DNA of 64,000 bases from a virus, in IMG/VR virus record IMGVR_UViG_3300025030_000086, positions 1 to 64,000 of that record. One strand, given 5' to 3'. Below the pieces are notes generated by a model, which saw only the letters and a list, made by a program, of their open reading frames with translations, ran no database searches and was not told the origin of the DNA. The position numbers were made by a program, and so were the translations under genes. Shown piece by piece: positions 9,820 through 18,955 of the stretch. Positions within the stretch are counted from its first letter, which is position 1, and every line of letters begins with the position of its first letter.

Positions 9820-9986
9820 GCTTGTTCGACTATTTTATATCCTAATAGTTTTCATACTCATTCCTATCAAATTAGACATAGGAATTTTAATGGTATGTCA
9901 TTTTTGCTATCGCACCTTAGCCTAAACAGTCTCTATTTGAAACTGCCCAATAGCTTCCTATCAAATGTAACATAGGAAGTTGCAAG
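9820..9986 (-). ncRNA. Candidate multi-stem structured RNA downstream of DUF559 gene
   Basis: Two related TTCCTAT..ATAGGAA hairpins with different complementary closing pairs; stems with G-U pairs on the minus strand. Confidence 0.35.
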
Positions 9987-10643
9987 TCATACAGGCACTT
10001 GATATTCAGTATATCTATGTGAATTTTTATAATGATTTTCTAATTTTTTAGCATTTGTACAATAAGCATGACAAAATTTACATTGAAATTTCCTATTTTT
10101 GAGAGCTTTTTCATTCTTACAAGGATTTATTCTATTTGTAATAACTTTTATTATTTCAAAGATATTCATTTCTACTTGCTCATTAGTAAATCTTAATATT
10201 TCAACATGGAAGGCTCTTTTTAATGTTTTTTCTCTCTGGTAATCCTTCTCCTTCTGTTCTGTGCTTCTGTGATAACCACCATCAATCTCTACAACTAAAT
10301 TTTGTTTTGGAAAATAAAAATCCGTGATATAAAAAAAATTGTGTTTTTTAAAGAAAAAACCTTTTTGAAAAATAAAAGAAGCTTTGCCAAAAGATTTAGT
10401 CAATTGAATGTTCATTAATTTTTCAGTATTAGTTGGATTTTTTCTTAATATTTGTATTCTTTCTTTCATCAAAGAAACATTTTCATCTATGTAGGCTTGC
10501 TTTTTTGGCTTATTTAATTTAATTTTTGTAATATCAATTTTTTCTTTCTTTTCCTCTTTCTTAATTAAAAAAGTAGCATAATTATCATACCATCTATTTA
10601 TTTGATACACTTTTGGCAGAGTCTTACTTATCATATTTCTCAC
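9987..10643 (-). CDS. DUF559/Vsr-like endonuclease with C-terminal C2H2 zinc finger
   Basis: LRKNPTNTE, DFYFP..LVVEIDGGYH, DYQRE, ILRFTNEQV; CKFC...HYKNSH. Confidence 0.85.
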   Translation of the reverse strand: MRNMISKTLPKVYQINRWYDNYATFLIKKEEKKEKIDITKIKLNKPKKQAYIDENVSLMKERIQILRKNPTNTEKLMNIQLTKSFGKASFIFQKGFFFKKHNFFYITDFYFPKQNLVVEIDGGYHRSTEQKEKDYQREKTLKRAFHVEILRFTNEQVEMNIFEIIKVITNRINPCKNEKALKNRKFQCKFCHAYCTNAKKLENHYKNSHRYTEYQVPV

Positions 10644-10942
10644 TTTTTCTTATTTTTCTGTAACCATTCTCTCCAATAAGCAATTGTTCTTGTTGGTTTA
10701 ACTTCTTGACCTTTTTCTTTCAAATATTTTATTTCTTCACTTGTTAAAAGTGGTATGTCATGCAAAGCTTCTACATATTTGCATTTATCACATCTATAAA
10801 ATGTATGGAGATGTGGCTGAGGTAAATCTTCTAAGACTTCCATAGGAATATCAGATATATCTATACCAGCTTTTAAAATATCAATATGTGGATAGATACT
10901 TATCTCCTCTATCTCTATATTGCATTTCTTACAATGTGTCAT
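10640..10942 (-). CDS. Hypothetical Zn-binding protein
   Basis: CKKC...CDKC. Confidence 0.55.
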   Translation of the reverse strand: MTHCKKCNIEIEEISIYPHIDILKAGIDISDIPMEVLEDLPQPHLHTFYRCDKCKYVEALHDIPLLTSEEIKYLKEKGQEVKPTRTIAYWREWLQKNKKK

Positions 10943-10970
10943 ACATTTCCTATTTTGAGATTACTTTTAT

Positions 10971-11007
10971 AGTATACTACAAAAATCTAAAAAAAATAAG
11001 CGTATTT
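10971..11007 (-). promoter_or_regulatory. Putative late promoter
   Basis: AAATACGCTTATTTTTTTTAGATTTTTGTAGTATACT, same class as 9392 and 714. Confidence 0.5.
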
Positions 11008-11010
11008 ATT

Positions 11011-11085
11011 TGGTTCACAGAATAGGGATCGAACCTATAACCTTTGATCCAAAGTCAAATATTTTACCAATTAAACTATCTGTGA
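11011..11085 (-). tRNA. tRNA-Gln(TTG)
   Basis: Cloverleaf TCACAGA...TCTGTGA-ACCA, anticodon arm TTTGA-CTTTGGA-TCAAA, GGTTCGATCC T-arm, encoded CCA. Confidence 0.9.
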
Positions 11086-11086
11086 T

Positions 11087-11115
11087 AAATCGTTTATTTT
11101 TTTAGGTTATATACT
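11087..11115 (+). promoter_or_regulatory. Putative late promoter towards terminase operon
   Basis: AAATCGTTTATTTTTTTAGGTTATATATACT. Confidence 0.45.
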
Positions 11116-11166
11116 ATATACTATATACTATATACTATATACTATATACTATATACTATATAGTAT
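11111..11166. repeat. (ATACTAT)x7 plus one inverted unit
   Basis: Counted directly. Confidence 0.9.
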
Positions 11167-11220
11167 AAATGTATCAAAGTCAAGTCTTTACTTATTTTAG
11201 GAATGTGATATAATTAACTT

Positions 11221-11790
11221 ATGATATTAATTAAAAAATTAGGCACTCGGTTAGATAAAAATGGTAAAAAACAAAGTTGGGCTATATTTAAATGTCCTAA
11301 ATGTCTACAGGAAGTTGTGAGATTATTGGGGAGTGGGGATAGTCAAAAATCCTGTGGGTGTTATACAAATGTAAAGCATAAAGGAAGTTATACAAGATTA
11401 TATAATACTTGGGCTATGATGAAACAAAGATGTTTAAATCCAAATGTAAAACAATTTAAAAATTATGGTGGTAGAGGTATAACTATATGCAATGAATGGT
11501 CAAATTTCACCCCTTTCAGGGATTGGTCACTAAATAATGGATATGCAGATAATCTACAAATAAACAGAATAAATAATGATGGTAATTATGAACCAAGTAA
11601 TTGTGAGTGGATTTCTCATAAAGAAAATGCAAGACATAGAAGAGGACAGAAAATAAATATGGAAAAAGCTAATGAAATTAGGGCTTTGTGGAATACAGGA
11701 AATTACACACAGAAAGAATTAGCTGAAAAGTATAATGTAAATAGAATAACAATTTCTAAAATAATAAATAATAAAACATGGAAAAATTAA
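11221..11790 (+). CDS. HNH-type homing endonuclease with C-terminal HTH
   Basis: KSCGC, YGGRGITICNEW, RINNDGNYEPSNC, TQKELAEKYNV. Confidence 0.85.
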   Translation: MILIKKLGTRLDKNGKKQSWAIFKCPKCLQEVVRLLGSGDSQKSCGCYTNVKHKGSYTRLYNTWAMMKQRCLNPNVKQFKNYGGRGITICNEWSNFTPFRDWSLNNGYADNLQINRINNDGNYEPSNCEWISHKENARHRRGQKINMEKANEIRALWNTGNYTQKELAEKYNVNRITISKIINNKTWKN

Positions 11791-13371
11791 ATGCTTATTA
11801 AAAAGAAAAAAATACTTCCTCCTGAATTAAATGAAGATAATCTTAGACGTTACGTAAAGAACCGGATGGATTTTAGACGGGAGCAGTTTGTATTAGAACC
11901 ATCTCTTGATTTTCCAGAAGGGGGTTTATTTGGAGACTTGTGTCAGCAATGGCAGATAGACTATATATTTAAGCCAATTGATTTGAGAGATGAAAAAGGA
12001 TTTCCATCTTACAGATTGCTTTATATTGGTTTACCTAAGAAATTTGGGAAAACAGCTCTTTTGGGGGGTGAGTGTCTTGTTCAACTATTACTTTCACCCA
12101 GACCAACAGAGGAGAATTATATTTTATCAGGAGACAAGTTTCAAGCCGCTTATTTATTACAAAAAATTAAGGATTTTATAGCTCGTAATCCTAATTTTGT
12201 TGATTTATTCACAATATATAAAAATGAAATAATCGTACCAAGCACGGGTGCAATGATTCAAGTAATGAGTTCAGAAGCCTCATCCAAGCAGGGGCGTAAC
12301 CCAGACTTCTACATTTTTGATGAATTTTGGAATCAGCCAAATAGAGATTTATTTGATACTATGTTCTTGGGGCAAGCAGCCAAACCCTCGTCTCAAGGGA
12401 TTATAATTACAAATACGGGTTACGACAAAAAGTCAATTTGTTGGGAAACACATGAATTATGTCGAAGTGGCGATTTTAAAAACTTTTATTTCTTTGAACC
12501 AACTGGGGTGTTGCTTGAATCTTTAAAAACTCCTTGGATTTCAGAACAATGGTTTGAAATAGAACGTAAATCCATGCCCCCAAAAGTATTTAACCGATTT
12601 CGTAAAAACCTCTGGGTTGATGAGGGAGAACATCCTTTTATGCCAGATGAAGGATGGAAATGTTTTAAATCATATCTTTCAGAAAAATCCATATGTTATA
12701 AAGGCCCTCATTATGTAGGAATAGACCTTGGATTAAAAAAGGATGCAGCTTCTTTAACAGTTCTCCATAGAGCAGGAAGAAAATTGGAAGGGGACATGTT
12801 TAGGAGATGGTTAGGTAGTTCAGAAAATCCTGTAAAGATAAGTGAAATAGAAGATGAATTGATAATGATATTAAGAAATTTCCATGACTGTGTTTTAGTT
12901 TGTGATCCCTGGCAATTAATGGGAACTATACAAAGATTCAGGAGTGTTGGCATTGAGGTCATTGAATTTTATTTAACAGCAGAGAATATTGGAAAATTAA
13001 GTCGTAACTTATTTTACCTATTTAAAAATCAATCCTTAGATTTGCCAAAATATTCAAAACTTGAAGATGAATTGAAAGGACTACAAGTAGTTGAGAAAAG
13101 TTATGGATGGAGGATTGACCATAGTGAGGATACAAGTAGTGATATTACAATGGGTTTAGGTATGGCTGCGGTCGTTGCAATGGAACGTGGGATTGATACC
13201 TATAGCGGAAAAGATTTAGCGGATTTGGGTTTCTTGAATCAAAAATCTATTTTTAAATCAGGTGAAAAAAGAGATTTTATGGAAAAAATTGAAATTATAG
13301 AAAATAAAGTAGATGTGGATAAAACTAATGCAGGCCCAAAAGTGTTTAGCTTTTCTAAGAGGCAATTTTAA
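11791..13371 (+). CDS. terL: Terminase large subunit
   Basis: Walker A PKKFGKT, Walker B YIFDE, nuclease GIDLG..KD, CDPWQ. Confidence 0.9.
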   Translation: MLIKKKKILPPELNEDNLRRYVKNRMDFRREQFVLEPSLDFPEGGLFGDLCQQWQIDYIFKPIDLRDEKGFPSYRLLYIGLPKKFGKTALLGGECLVQLLLSPRPTEENYILSGDKFQAAYLLQKIKDFIARNPNFVDLFTIYKNEIIVPSTGAMIQVMSSEASSKQGRNPDFYIFDEFWNQPNRDLFDTMFLGQAAKPSSQGIIITNTGYDKKSICWETHELCRSGDFKNFYFFEPTGVLLESLKTPWISEQWFEIERKSMPPKVFNRFRKNLWVDEGEHPFMPDEGWKCFKSYLSEKSICYKGPHYVGIDLGLKKDAASLTVLHRAGRKLEGDMFRRWLGSSENPVKISEIEDELIMILRNFHDCVLVCDPWQLMGTIQRFRSVGIEVIEFYLTAENIGKLSRNLFYLFKNQSLDLPKYSKLEDELKGLQVVEKSYGWRIDHSEDTSSDITMGLGMAAVVAMERGIDTYSGKDLADLGFLNQKSIFKSGEKRDFMEKIEIIENKVDVDKTNAGPKVFSFSKRQF

Positions 13372-13829
13372 TGAAGTTAATGAAAGACTTAGGTATAAGG
13401 TTAATTAAAGGGCATTGGTTTAGGTATGCTATATTTAAATGCTCTGAATGTTTACAAGAAGTTGAAAGACAAACAAGTGCAGGAAAAATAACAAAATCTT
13501 GTGGTTGTGTTAGATACTCAGAAAATAAAAAGAATTATAAACATGGGTTTTCAAAAACAAAATTATATATGATTTGGAATAATATGAAACAAAGAGTTTT
13601 AAATCCTAAAAGAGATAATTATAAATATTACGGTGGAAGAGGAATAACAATATGTCCAGAATGGACAGATAAGTTAAATGGATTCATTACTTTTAGAGAT
13701 TGGGCACTAAGTAATGAGTATGCAGACAACTTAGTTATTGATAGAATAAATCCAGATGGTAATTATGAGCCATCTAATTGTAGATTTTTAACTATTGAGG
13801 AAAGCAATAGAAATAAGAGAAAGAATTAA
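13371..13829 (+). CDS. HNH-type homing endonuclease (no HTH)
   Basis: KSCGC, YGGRGITICPEW, IDRINPDGNYEPSNC. Confidence 0.85.
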   Translation: MKLMKDLGIRLIKGHWFRYAIFKCSECLQEVERQTSAGKITKSCGCVRYSENKKNYKHGFSKTKLYMIWNNMKQRVLNPKRDNYKYYGGRGITICPEWTDKLNGFITFRDWALSNEYADNLVIDRINPDGNYEPSNCRFLTIEESNRNKRKN

Positions 13830-13847
13830 AAAAGAAATTATTTTATT

Positions 13848-14246
13848 ATGGATAAACAAGAATTTTTATGGCTTAGAAAAACTGATGACCAAAAAATAGA
13901 AACTATTAGAGAATACTTTTTAAAACCAAAAATATTATTAATAGAGAATCTTATTAAATTAACAAAAAAGAACATAAAACAGTGTGGAGAAAAAATTGGA
14001 TACTTACAAGAAATCTGTGACCAAGAAGAAATTGTGGTTACAAAAACAAAGATTAAAGAAATTAAGGCGAAGATTGAAGAAATACAGAGAAAAATTAAGA
14101 ATGTTAAAGCTAAAAGGGGATATAAAGATAAGAAACTTAAAAGATTATTGGCGGCTGAATGGTCAGAGAAAGAAGAGTATTTAACAGATATGGAAGTCAT
14201 GAATTATATAAGATATGGTGGGAAGAGAAAAATAAATGAATTATAA
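13848..14246 (+). CDS. Hypothetical coiled-coil protein
   Basis: 132 aa ORF. Confidence 0.55.
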   Translation: MDKQEFLWLRKTDDQKIETIREYFLKPKILLIENLIKLTKKNIKQCGEKIGYLQEICDQEEIVVTKTKIKEIKAKIEEIQRKIKNVKAKRGYKDKKLKRLLAAEWSEKEEYLTDMEVMNYIRYGGKRKINEL

Positions 14247-14298
14247 ACATGGAGGTAAAGGAACTAAATTATATAGAACTTGGGAAAATGGGAATTAA
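14236..14298 (+). pseudogene. Remnant of the HNH family
   Basis: MNYKHGGKGTKLYRTW matches YKHGGKGTKLYNVW of 44280..44894. Confidence 0.65.
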
Positions 14299-14347
14299 AA
14301 ATTGGAAAATTACTTGACAGATGAGGAAGTCATAAGGTATATTAGAT

Positions 14348-15034
14348 ATGGGAGAAAAAGAAAAAATGGATGAAGAAGAGTTTATTAATAAATTTCCTGA
14401 AGAAGAACAAACTGAAATTAGAAAAGATTTAGAAAATCTTGCAGAGGAAAATGAAAAACTTATAGAAGAATTTACAGAAGACACTGATACTACAGATAAA
14501 AAGGTTGTTGGAAGACCCCCTGGTATTCCGGCTTCATCTGCACAGAAAGAAGCAGTAAGCAAAGCTGCAAAGAAATATCAACAAGACCTAAGAGATGGTT
14601 TAATTGAGAAACCTGCGTGGGAAACTCATGGTGCATATAGTTATATGAGTGGTGGTAGAGTTCCTAAAAAGAAAAGATATTTACTTGACTTTGTTCATAA
14701 GGAAAGAGAGAAATGGTTAGATGAATTAGGTGGGGAAGACAATCTTACCTCAATAGAAATAGCAATGCTTGATGAAGCAAGCCGTTTGTTGCTGTTTTCA
14801 ACAATGGTAAATGATTACCTTTTATCTGATAAAGATACAGATGTTGTATATAAAGATAGTGAAGGTGATATTAAAATGCACACTGGGTTATCTCGTCACT
14901 ATTTATCCTTCACCAAAACATATATACAAATTTTAAAAGAATTACAAAAAATTGCTACAACAAAAACAAAGAAAAAGGGTGGTTCAAAAAAAGACAGTGC
15001 AAGTATTTTGCAAAAGTTATATAAGGAAAATTAG
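14348..15034 (+). CDS. Putative terminase small subunit
   Basis: GRPPG...ETHGAYS resembles the KHGxYS motif of TerS proteins; helical C-terminus; near terL. Confidence 0.45.
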   Translation: MGEKEKMDEEEFINKFPEEEQTEIRKDLENLAEENEKLIEEFTEDTDTTDKKVVGRPPGIPASSAQKEAVSKAAKKYQQDLRDGLIEKPAWETHGAYSYMSGGRVPKKKRYLLDFVHKEREKWLDELGGEDNLTSIEIAMLDEASRLLLFSTMVNDYLLSDKDTDVVYKDSEGDIKMHTGLSRHYLSFTKTYIQILKELQKIATTKTKKKGGSKKDSASILQKLYKEN

Positions 15035-15036
15035 AA

Positions 15037-15321
15037 ATGTTTGATAGAGAAAATTTTCAAACAATTACAAAATTACATTTGGAGAGGTACAAAATTTTGA
15101 AAGAAGCCAAACAGTATGAAGAATGTATCAAAGAGCTTGAGCAGATAATAACTCTTATGAGCGAAGCCATAGTAACAATTTTTGGAAAATCCAAGGTAAA
15201 TTACACAAAACCAAATCTCATTTTATCAGAAGGTATTAAAAATATTACATTAGATGATGTTTTAAATCCCCATAATACAATAACTATTGATGCTGAAGGC
15301 AATCTAAAAATAAGGAAATAA
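15037..15321 (+). CDS. Hypothetical protein
   Basis: ORF in operon. Confidence 0.5.
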   Translation: MFDRENFQTITKLHLERYKILKEAKQYEECIKELEQIITLMSEAIVTIFGKSKVNYTKPNLILSEGIKNITLDDVLNPHNTITIDAEGNLKIRK

Positions 15322-15338
15322 GGAAATAAGGAAAATAT

Positions 15339-15956
15339 ATGAATATAGGATTTGATTTAGACGGGGTTTTGGCTAACTTTCATTATGGATTTTCTAAAAT
15401 AGCAAATGAATTATTTGGTTCTCCTATAGTTAAGGATATTAATGAAGTTAAAGCTTATAGGTGGGAGGACTGGGGTTATCCATTGGATAAGAAACAACAT
15501 AATAAAGTATGGAGAGAAATAGATTCAAATACTAATGATTTTTGGTTAGATTTACAACCATTGGTTGAAAATACTATTTTTGAAAGAATGAAAAAGATGG
15601 AAAAAGAAAACTGTAACTTTTTCTTTATTACTTCTCGTAAAAATACAGCAGGGAAAAGTGCATTATCACAGACAAAAGATTGGATAGAGAGTTGCACAGC
15701 TTTAAAGAATTTTTCCGTAATTCCTTCTCACAGGAAGGGTGGTATATTAGATAGAGCTGAAATAGATTATTTTATTGATGATTTACCAGAAAATGTAATT
15801 GAGGCTGCTATAGAAGCCCCGAAATGTAAATCTTTCCTTTTGGTTAGACCATACAATTCATATGCTCTTGAGTTTATTAAAAAATCTCATAAATTTAAAA
15901 ATATTGGGATAGTATATAGTGTAGGTGAGTTTTTAGACATCGTGGAACAACATTAA
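15339..15956 (+). CDS. HAD-family 5'(3')-deoxyribonucleotidase
   Basis: DLDGVL, ITSR, FIDD, RPYN. Confidence 0.85.
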   Translation: MNIGFDLDGVLANFHYGFSKIANELFGSPIVKDINEVKAYRWEDWGYPLDKKQHNKVWREIDSNTNDFWLDLQPLVENTIFERMKKMEKENCNFFFITSRKNTAGKSALSQTKDWIESCTALKNFSVIPSHRKGGILDRAEIDYFIDDLPENVIEAAIEAPKCKSFLLVRPYNSYALEFIKKSHKFKNIGIVYSVGEFLDIVEQH

Positions 15957-16074
15957 AAGTGGCTATTCAGAATAGGAGAAAAGCTATTGGTATTGATTTA
16001 GGTTATTCAGATATTCAGGATAGGAAATTACAAAATATACAAATAAAATTGCTTAAAATTGGAGGAGGATAGAA

Positions 16075-16779
16075 ATGACACATGATGGACATCATTACAG
16101 TCAGGATTGTAATTGTACTACTTGTTTTATGAATAGAGTAAAAACAACAAGAAAGTATGTTAATAAAGCTATGGCAGGAGAAAAAACAGATATAATTAAA
16201 ATGGAAACTATAGAAGGTACTAAACTTGAGGATGATGGGGAAGACGGGTGCTACATAGATTATGAAGATTTACATAAAAAGAGGTATAATAAATCAAATT
16301 CACCAGAAGAACCTGTATTAATTAAACATCCAACATATAATAATGGATTAGCATATGATAAACACTTAGAATTAAATTCACATATAAATGAGATAGACAA
16401 TAATTCAATTCCAATATATGTGAACAATGACCAAATTAGAAAGTTTGATAGTGGGGCAACACGAGACACTTCAGAAGGTAAAATAGATTTTGAAGGTTTT
16501 ATATCACCAATAGTTTTAGAAGAATTTGGAAAATATATGCTGAAGCATCAGAAACAATCAAATGGGGAATTGAGACCCTCCGACAATTGGCAGAAGGGGA
16601 TGCCGAGAGATGTTTATATGAAATCTGCTTGGAGACACTTTCATGACTGGTGGATGGAACATAGAGGATATGATTCAAGAGAGGGGATGAAGGATGCTTT
16701 AAACGGTCTACTATTCAATTTGATGGGCTACATGCATGAATTGCTTTTAGAAGAAAGGAAAAATAATGAATCTAAATAG
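16075..16779 (+). CDS. dATP/dGTP diphosphohydrolase (DUF5664-like)
   Basis: RKFDSGATRD...GK...NWQKGMP...SAWRH. Confidence 0.75.
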   Translation: MTHDGHHYSQDCNCTTCFMNRVKTTRKYVNKAMAGEKTDIIKMETIEGTKLEDDGEDGCYIDYEDLHKKRYNKSNSPEEPVLIKHPTYNNGLAYDKHLELNSHINEIDNNSIPIYVNNDQIRKFDSGATRDTSEGKIDFEGFISPIVLEEFGKYMLKHQKQSNGELRPSDNWQKGMPRDVYMKSAWRHFHDWWMEHRGYDSREGMKDALNGLLFNLMGYMHELLLEERKNNESK

Positions 16780-17518
16780 ACAACGATTAGAAGTAAAAAA
16801 AGGAAAAGAATATGCTGAATTGGTTTTTATAGGAGATGTTCACTATGGGTCTAAACAATGCAATGTTGAAAAGTTTGAAAAAATATTACAATATTGTTTA
16901 GAAAATGAGTTATATATATTTTGTATGGGTGATATGATAGAATCAAATTCAAGGCACTCTGTTGGAGCTGGTGTATATGAACAAATATCTCCACAGAAGC
17001 AAATAGAGGATATTTCAGAATATCTCAGACCATTGGCAGAAAAGAATCTTATTGTAGGTTATCTTACAGGAAATCATGAGTCCAGGGTGAATAAAGAATT
17101 GGGTATAGATATATCCAAAATTATTTGTAAAGAGTTAAAAATACCTTACTTAGGTTATGCAGGTTGGTCATTGTTCTATGTTGGCAATCAAAGTTATTCA
17201 CTTTATTCCACGCATGGAGCTTCTTCAGCTACATTAAAGCATACGAAATTAAAAGCCATACTTGATATAGCTAAATCTTTTGAAGCAGATATAGTTACTT
17301 GTGGACATGTGCATGATATAATTATAGATAGTGCAGAATATCAAAAAGTAAATAAGAAAAGAAAAATCGTAGATACAAGAAAATCCTATGTAATTGTCAC
17401 AGGGCATTATTATAACTATGGTGGATATGCTCAGGAAAAAGGTTATTCTTTGACAAAGATGGGTAGTCCCAAAGTAAAGCTTTTTGGAGACAAATTTGAC
17501 ATCCACGTTAGCGTTTAA
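16766..17518 (+). CDS. Calcineurin-like metallophosphoesterase
   Basis: GDVH, GD, GNHE, HG, GHVH. Confidence 0.85.
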   Translation: MNLNRQRLEVKKGKEYAELVFIGDVHYGSKQCNVEKFEKILQYCLENELYIFCMGDMIESNSRHSVGAGVYEQISPQKQIEDISEYLRPLAEKNLIVGYLTGNHESRVNKELGIDISKIICKELKIPYLGYAGWSLFYVGNQSYSLYSTHGASSATLKHTKLKAILDIAKSFEADIVTCGHVHDIIIDSAEYQKVNKKRKIVDTRKSYVIVTGHYYNYGGYAQEKGYSLTKMGSPKVKLFGDKFDIHVSV

Positions 17519-17519
17519 A

Positions 17520-18935
17520 ATGAATTATTTCCAAGATAAATTTTCAACTCTATATTTAGGTGATTGTTTGGAAGAATTAAAAAATATTGAGGATAATAGC
17601 ATTGATTCTATTGTTACTGATCCTCCTTATGGTTATTCCTTCATGGGAAAAGATTGGGATAAAGCCGTGCCCTCAATTAGTATTTGGAAAGAATGTTTAA
17701 GAGTTTTAAAACCCGGTTCTTTTGCTTTTATAATGTCTTCTCCAAGACAGGATATTTTATCAAGAATGATTATAAATTTGCAAGATGCTGGGTTTAGAAC
17801 AGATTTTACAAGTATCTATTGGGCCTATGCTTCTGGATTTCCTAAAGCTACAAATATAAGTAAAATTATAGATAAAAGATTGGGATGCGAAAGAGAAGTT
17901 ATAGAAAATAGGAAAGTAACAGAGAATATGTCAAAAATGAGTAAGAATAGTCCAAATAAAGATGGATATCCAAAACGACCAAGACCGAAAGACAATTATT
18001 GGACAGGAGAAATTTTAGATACTAAAGCTATAAGTGAGCAAGCTAAAGAATTTGATGGTTCTTATTCAGGATTCCAACCAAAACCAGCAGTAGAAATTAT
18101 TATTGTATGCATGAAACCTTTATCTGAAAAAACTTTTGTTGAGCAAGCATTGAATAATGGTAAGGGGATTACTTGGTTAGATAATTGCAGGATTCCTTAT
18201 GAAAATAATTGTAGATTAAACAAAGGTGATAGTTATAAAGGAAATAGGAATGGTAGTAATAAAAAGTCTTTTTATCAAAAAGGTAATGGTAATATAGATT
18301 ATAAATATGAATTACCGAATGGTAGATTTCCAGCTAATCTTTTAGTTTCTGATGATATATTAAATGACGGTATTGATAGAAAAGGTGTTTCCGGTGGAGG
18401 CCCTAAAGAGTATGGCGGTGGTGGCGGCTTTGATAATAATTTGAATAGGCAACCTGTAAAAAATTATTATAATGATTCTGGTTCTTTTAGTAGATATTTT
18501 GATATTGATAAATGGTTTGAAACTAAAATAAAAGAATTACCAATTAGTATACAAAAAGTTTTTCCTTTTTTAATAGAATCTAAAGCATCTAAATCTGAAA
18601 AGGTAAAAGGTTTAGAATTTGAAAAATACAAAATTGGTGGCGGTATAAATGGTACAGAAGATATGTCATTGAGGACAGGAAGTGGGAATGAAAGAAATAA
18701 TTTAAATAAGAACAATCACCCAACAGTTAAACCAATAAAATTAATGAGTTACTTAATAACTTTAGGAAGTAGAGAAAATGATATTATTCTTGACCCATTT
18801 ATGGGCAGTGGTTCTACAGGTATTGCTTCTAAATTATTGAATAGGAAATTTATTGGTATTGAAAAAGAAGAAGAATACATTGAAATTGCTTCAAAAAGAA
18901 TAGAAATTGTAAATAATCAACAAAAATTAATTTGA
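17520..18935 (+). CDS. DNA N4-cytosine/N6-adenine methyltransferase (beta class)
   Basis: VTDPPY, GRFPAN, HPTVKP, LDPFMGSGSTG. Confidence 0.92.
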   Translation: MNYFQDKFSTLYLGDCLEELKNIEDNSIDSIVTDPPYGYSFMGKDWDKAVPSISIWKECLRVLKPGSFAFIMSSPRQDILSRMIINLQDAGFRTDFTSIYWAYASGFPKATNISKIIDKRLGCEREVIENRKVTENMSKMSKNSPNKDGYPKRPRPKDNYWTGEILDTKAISEQAKEFDGSYSGFQPKPAVEIIIVCMKPLSEKTFVEQALNNGKGITWLDNCRIPYENNCRLNKGDSYKGNRNGSNKKSFYQKGNGNIDYKYELPNGRFPANLLVSDDILNDGIDRKGVSGGGPKEYGGGGGFDNNLNRQPVKNYYNDSGSFSRYFDIDKWFETKIKELPISIQKVFPFLIESKASKSEKVKGLEFEKYKIGGGINGTEDMSLRTGSGNERNNLNKNNHPTVKPIKLMSYLITLGSRENDIILDPFMGSGSTGIASKLLNRKFIGIEKEEEYIEIASKRIEIVNNQQKLI

Positions 18936-18955
18936 CATACACGTGAGTATTTAAT

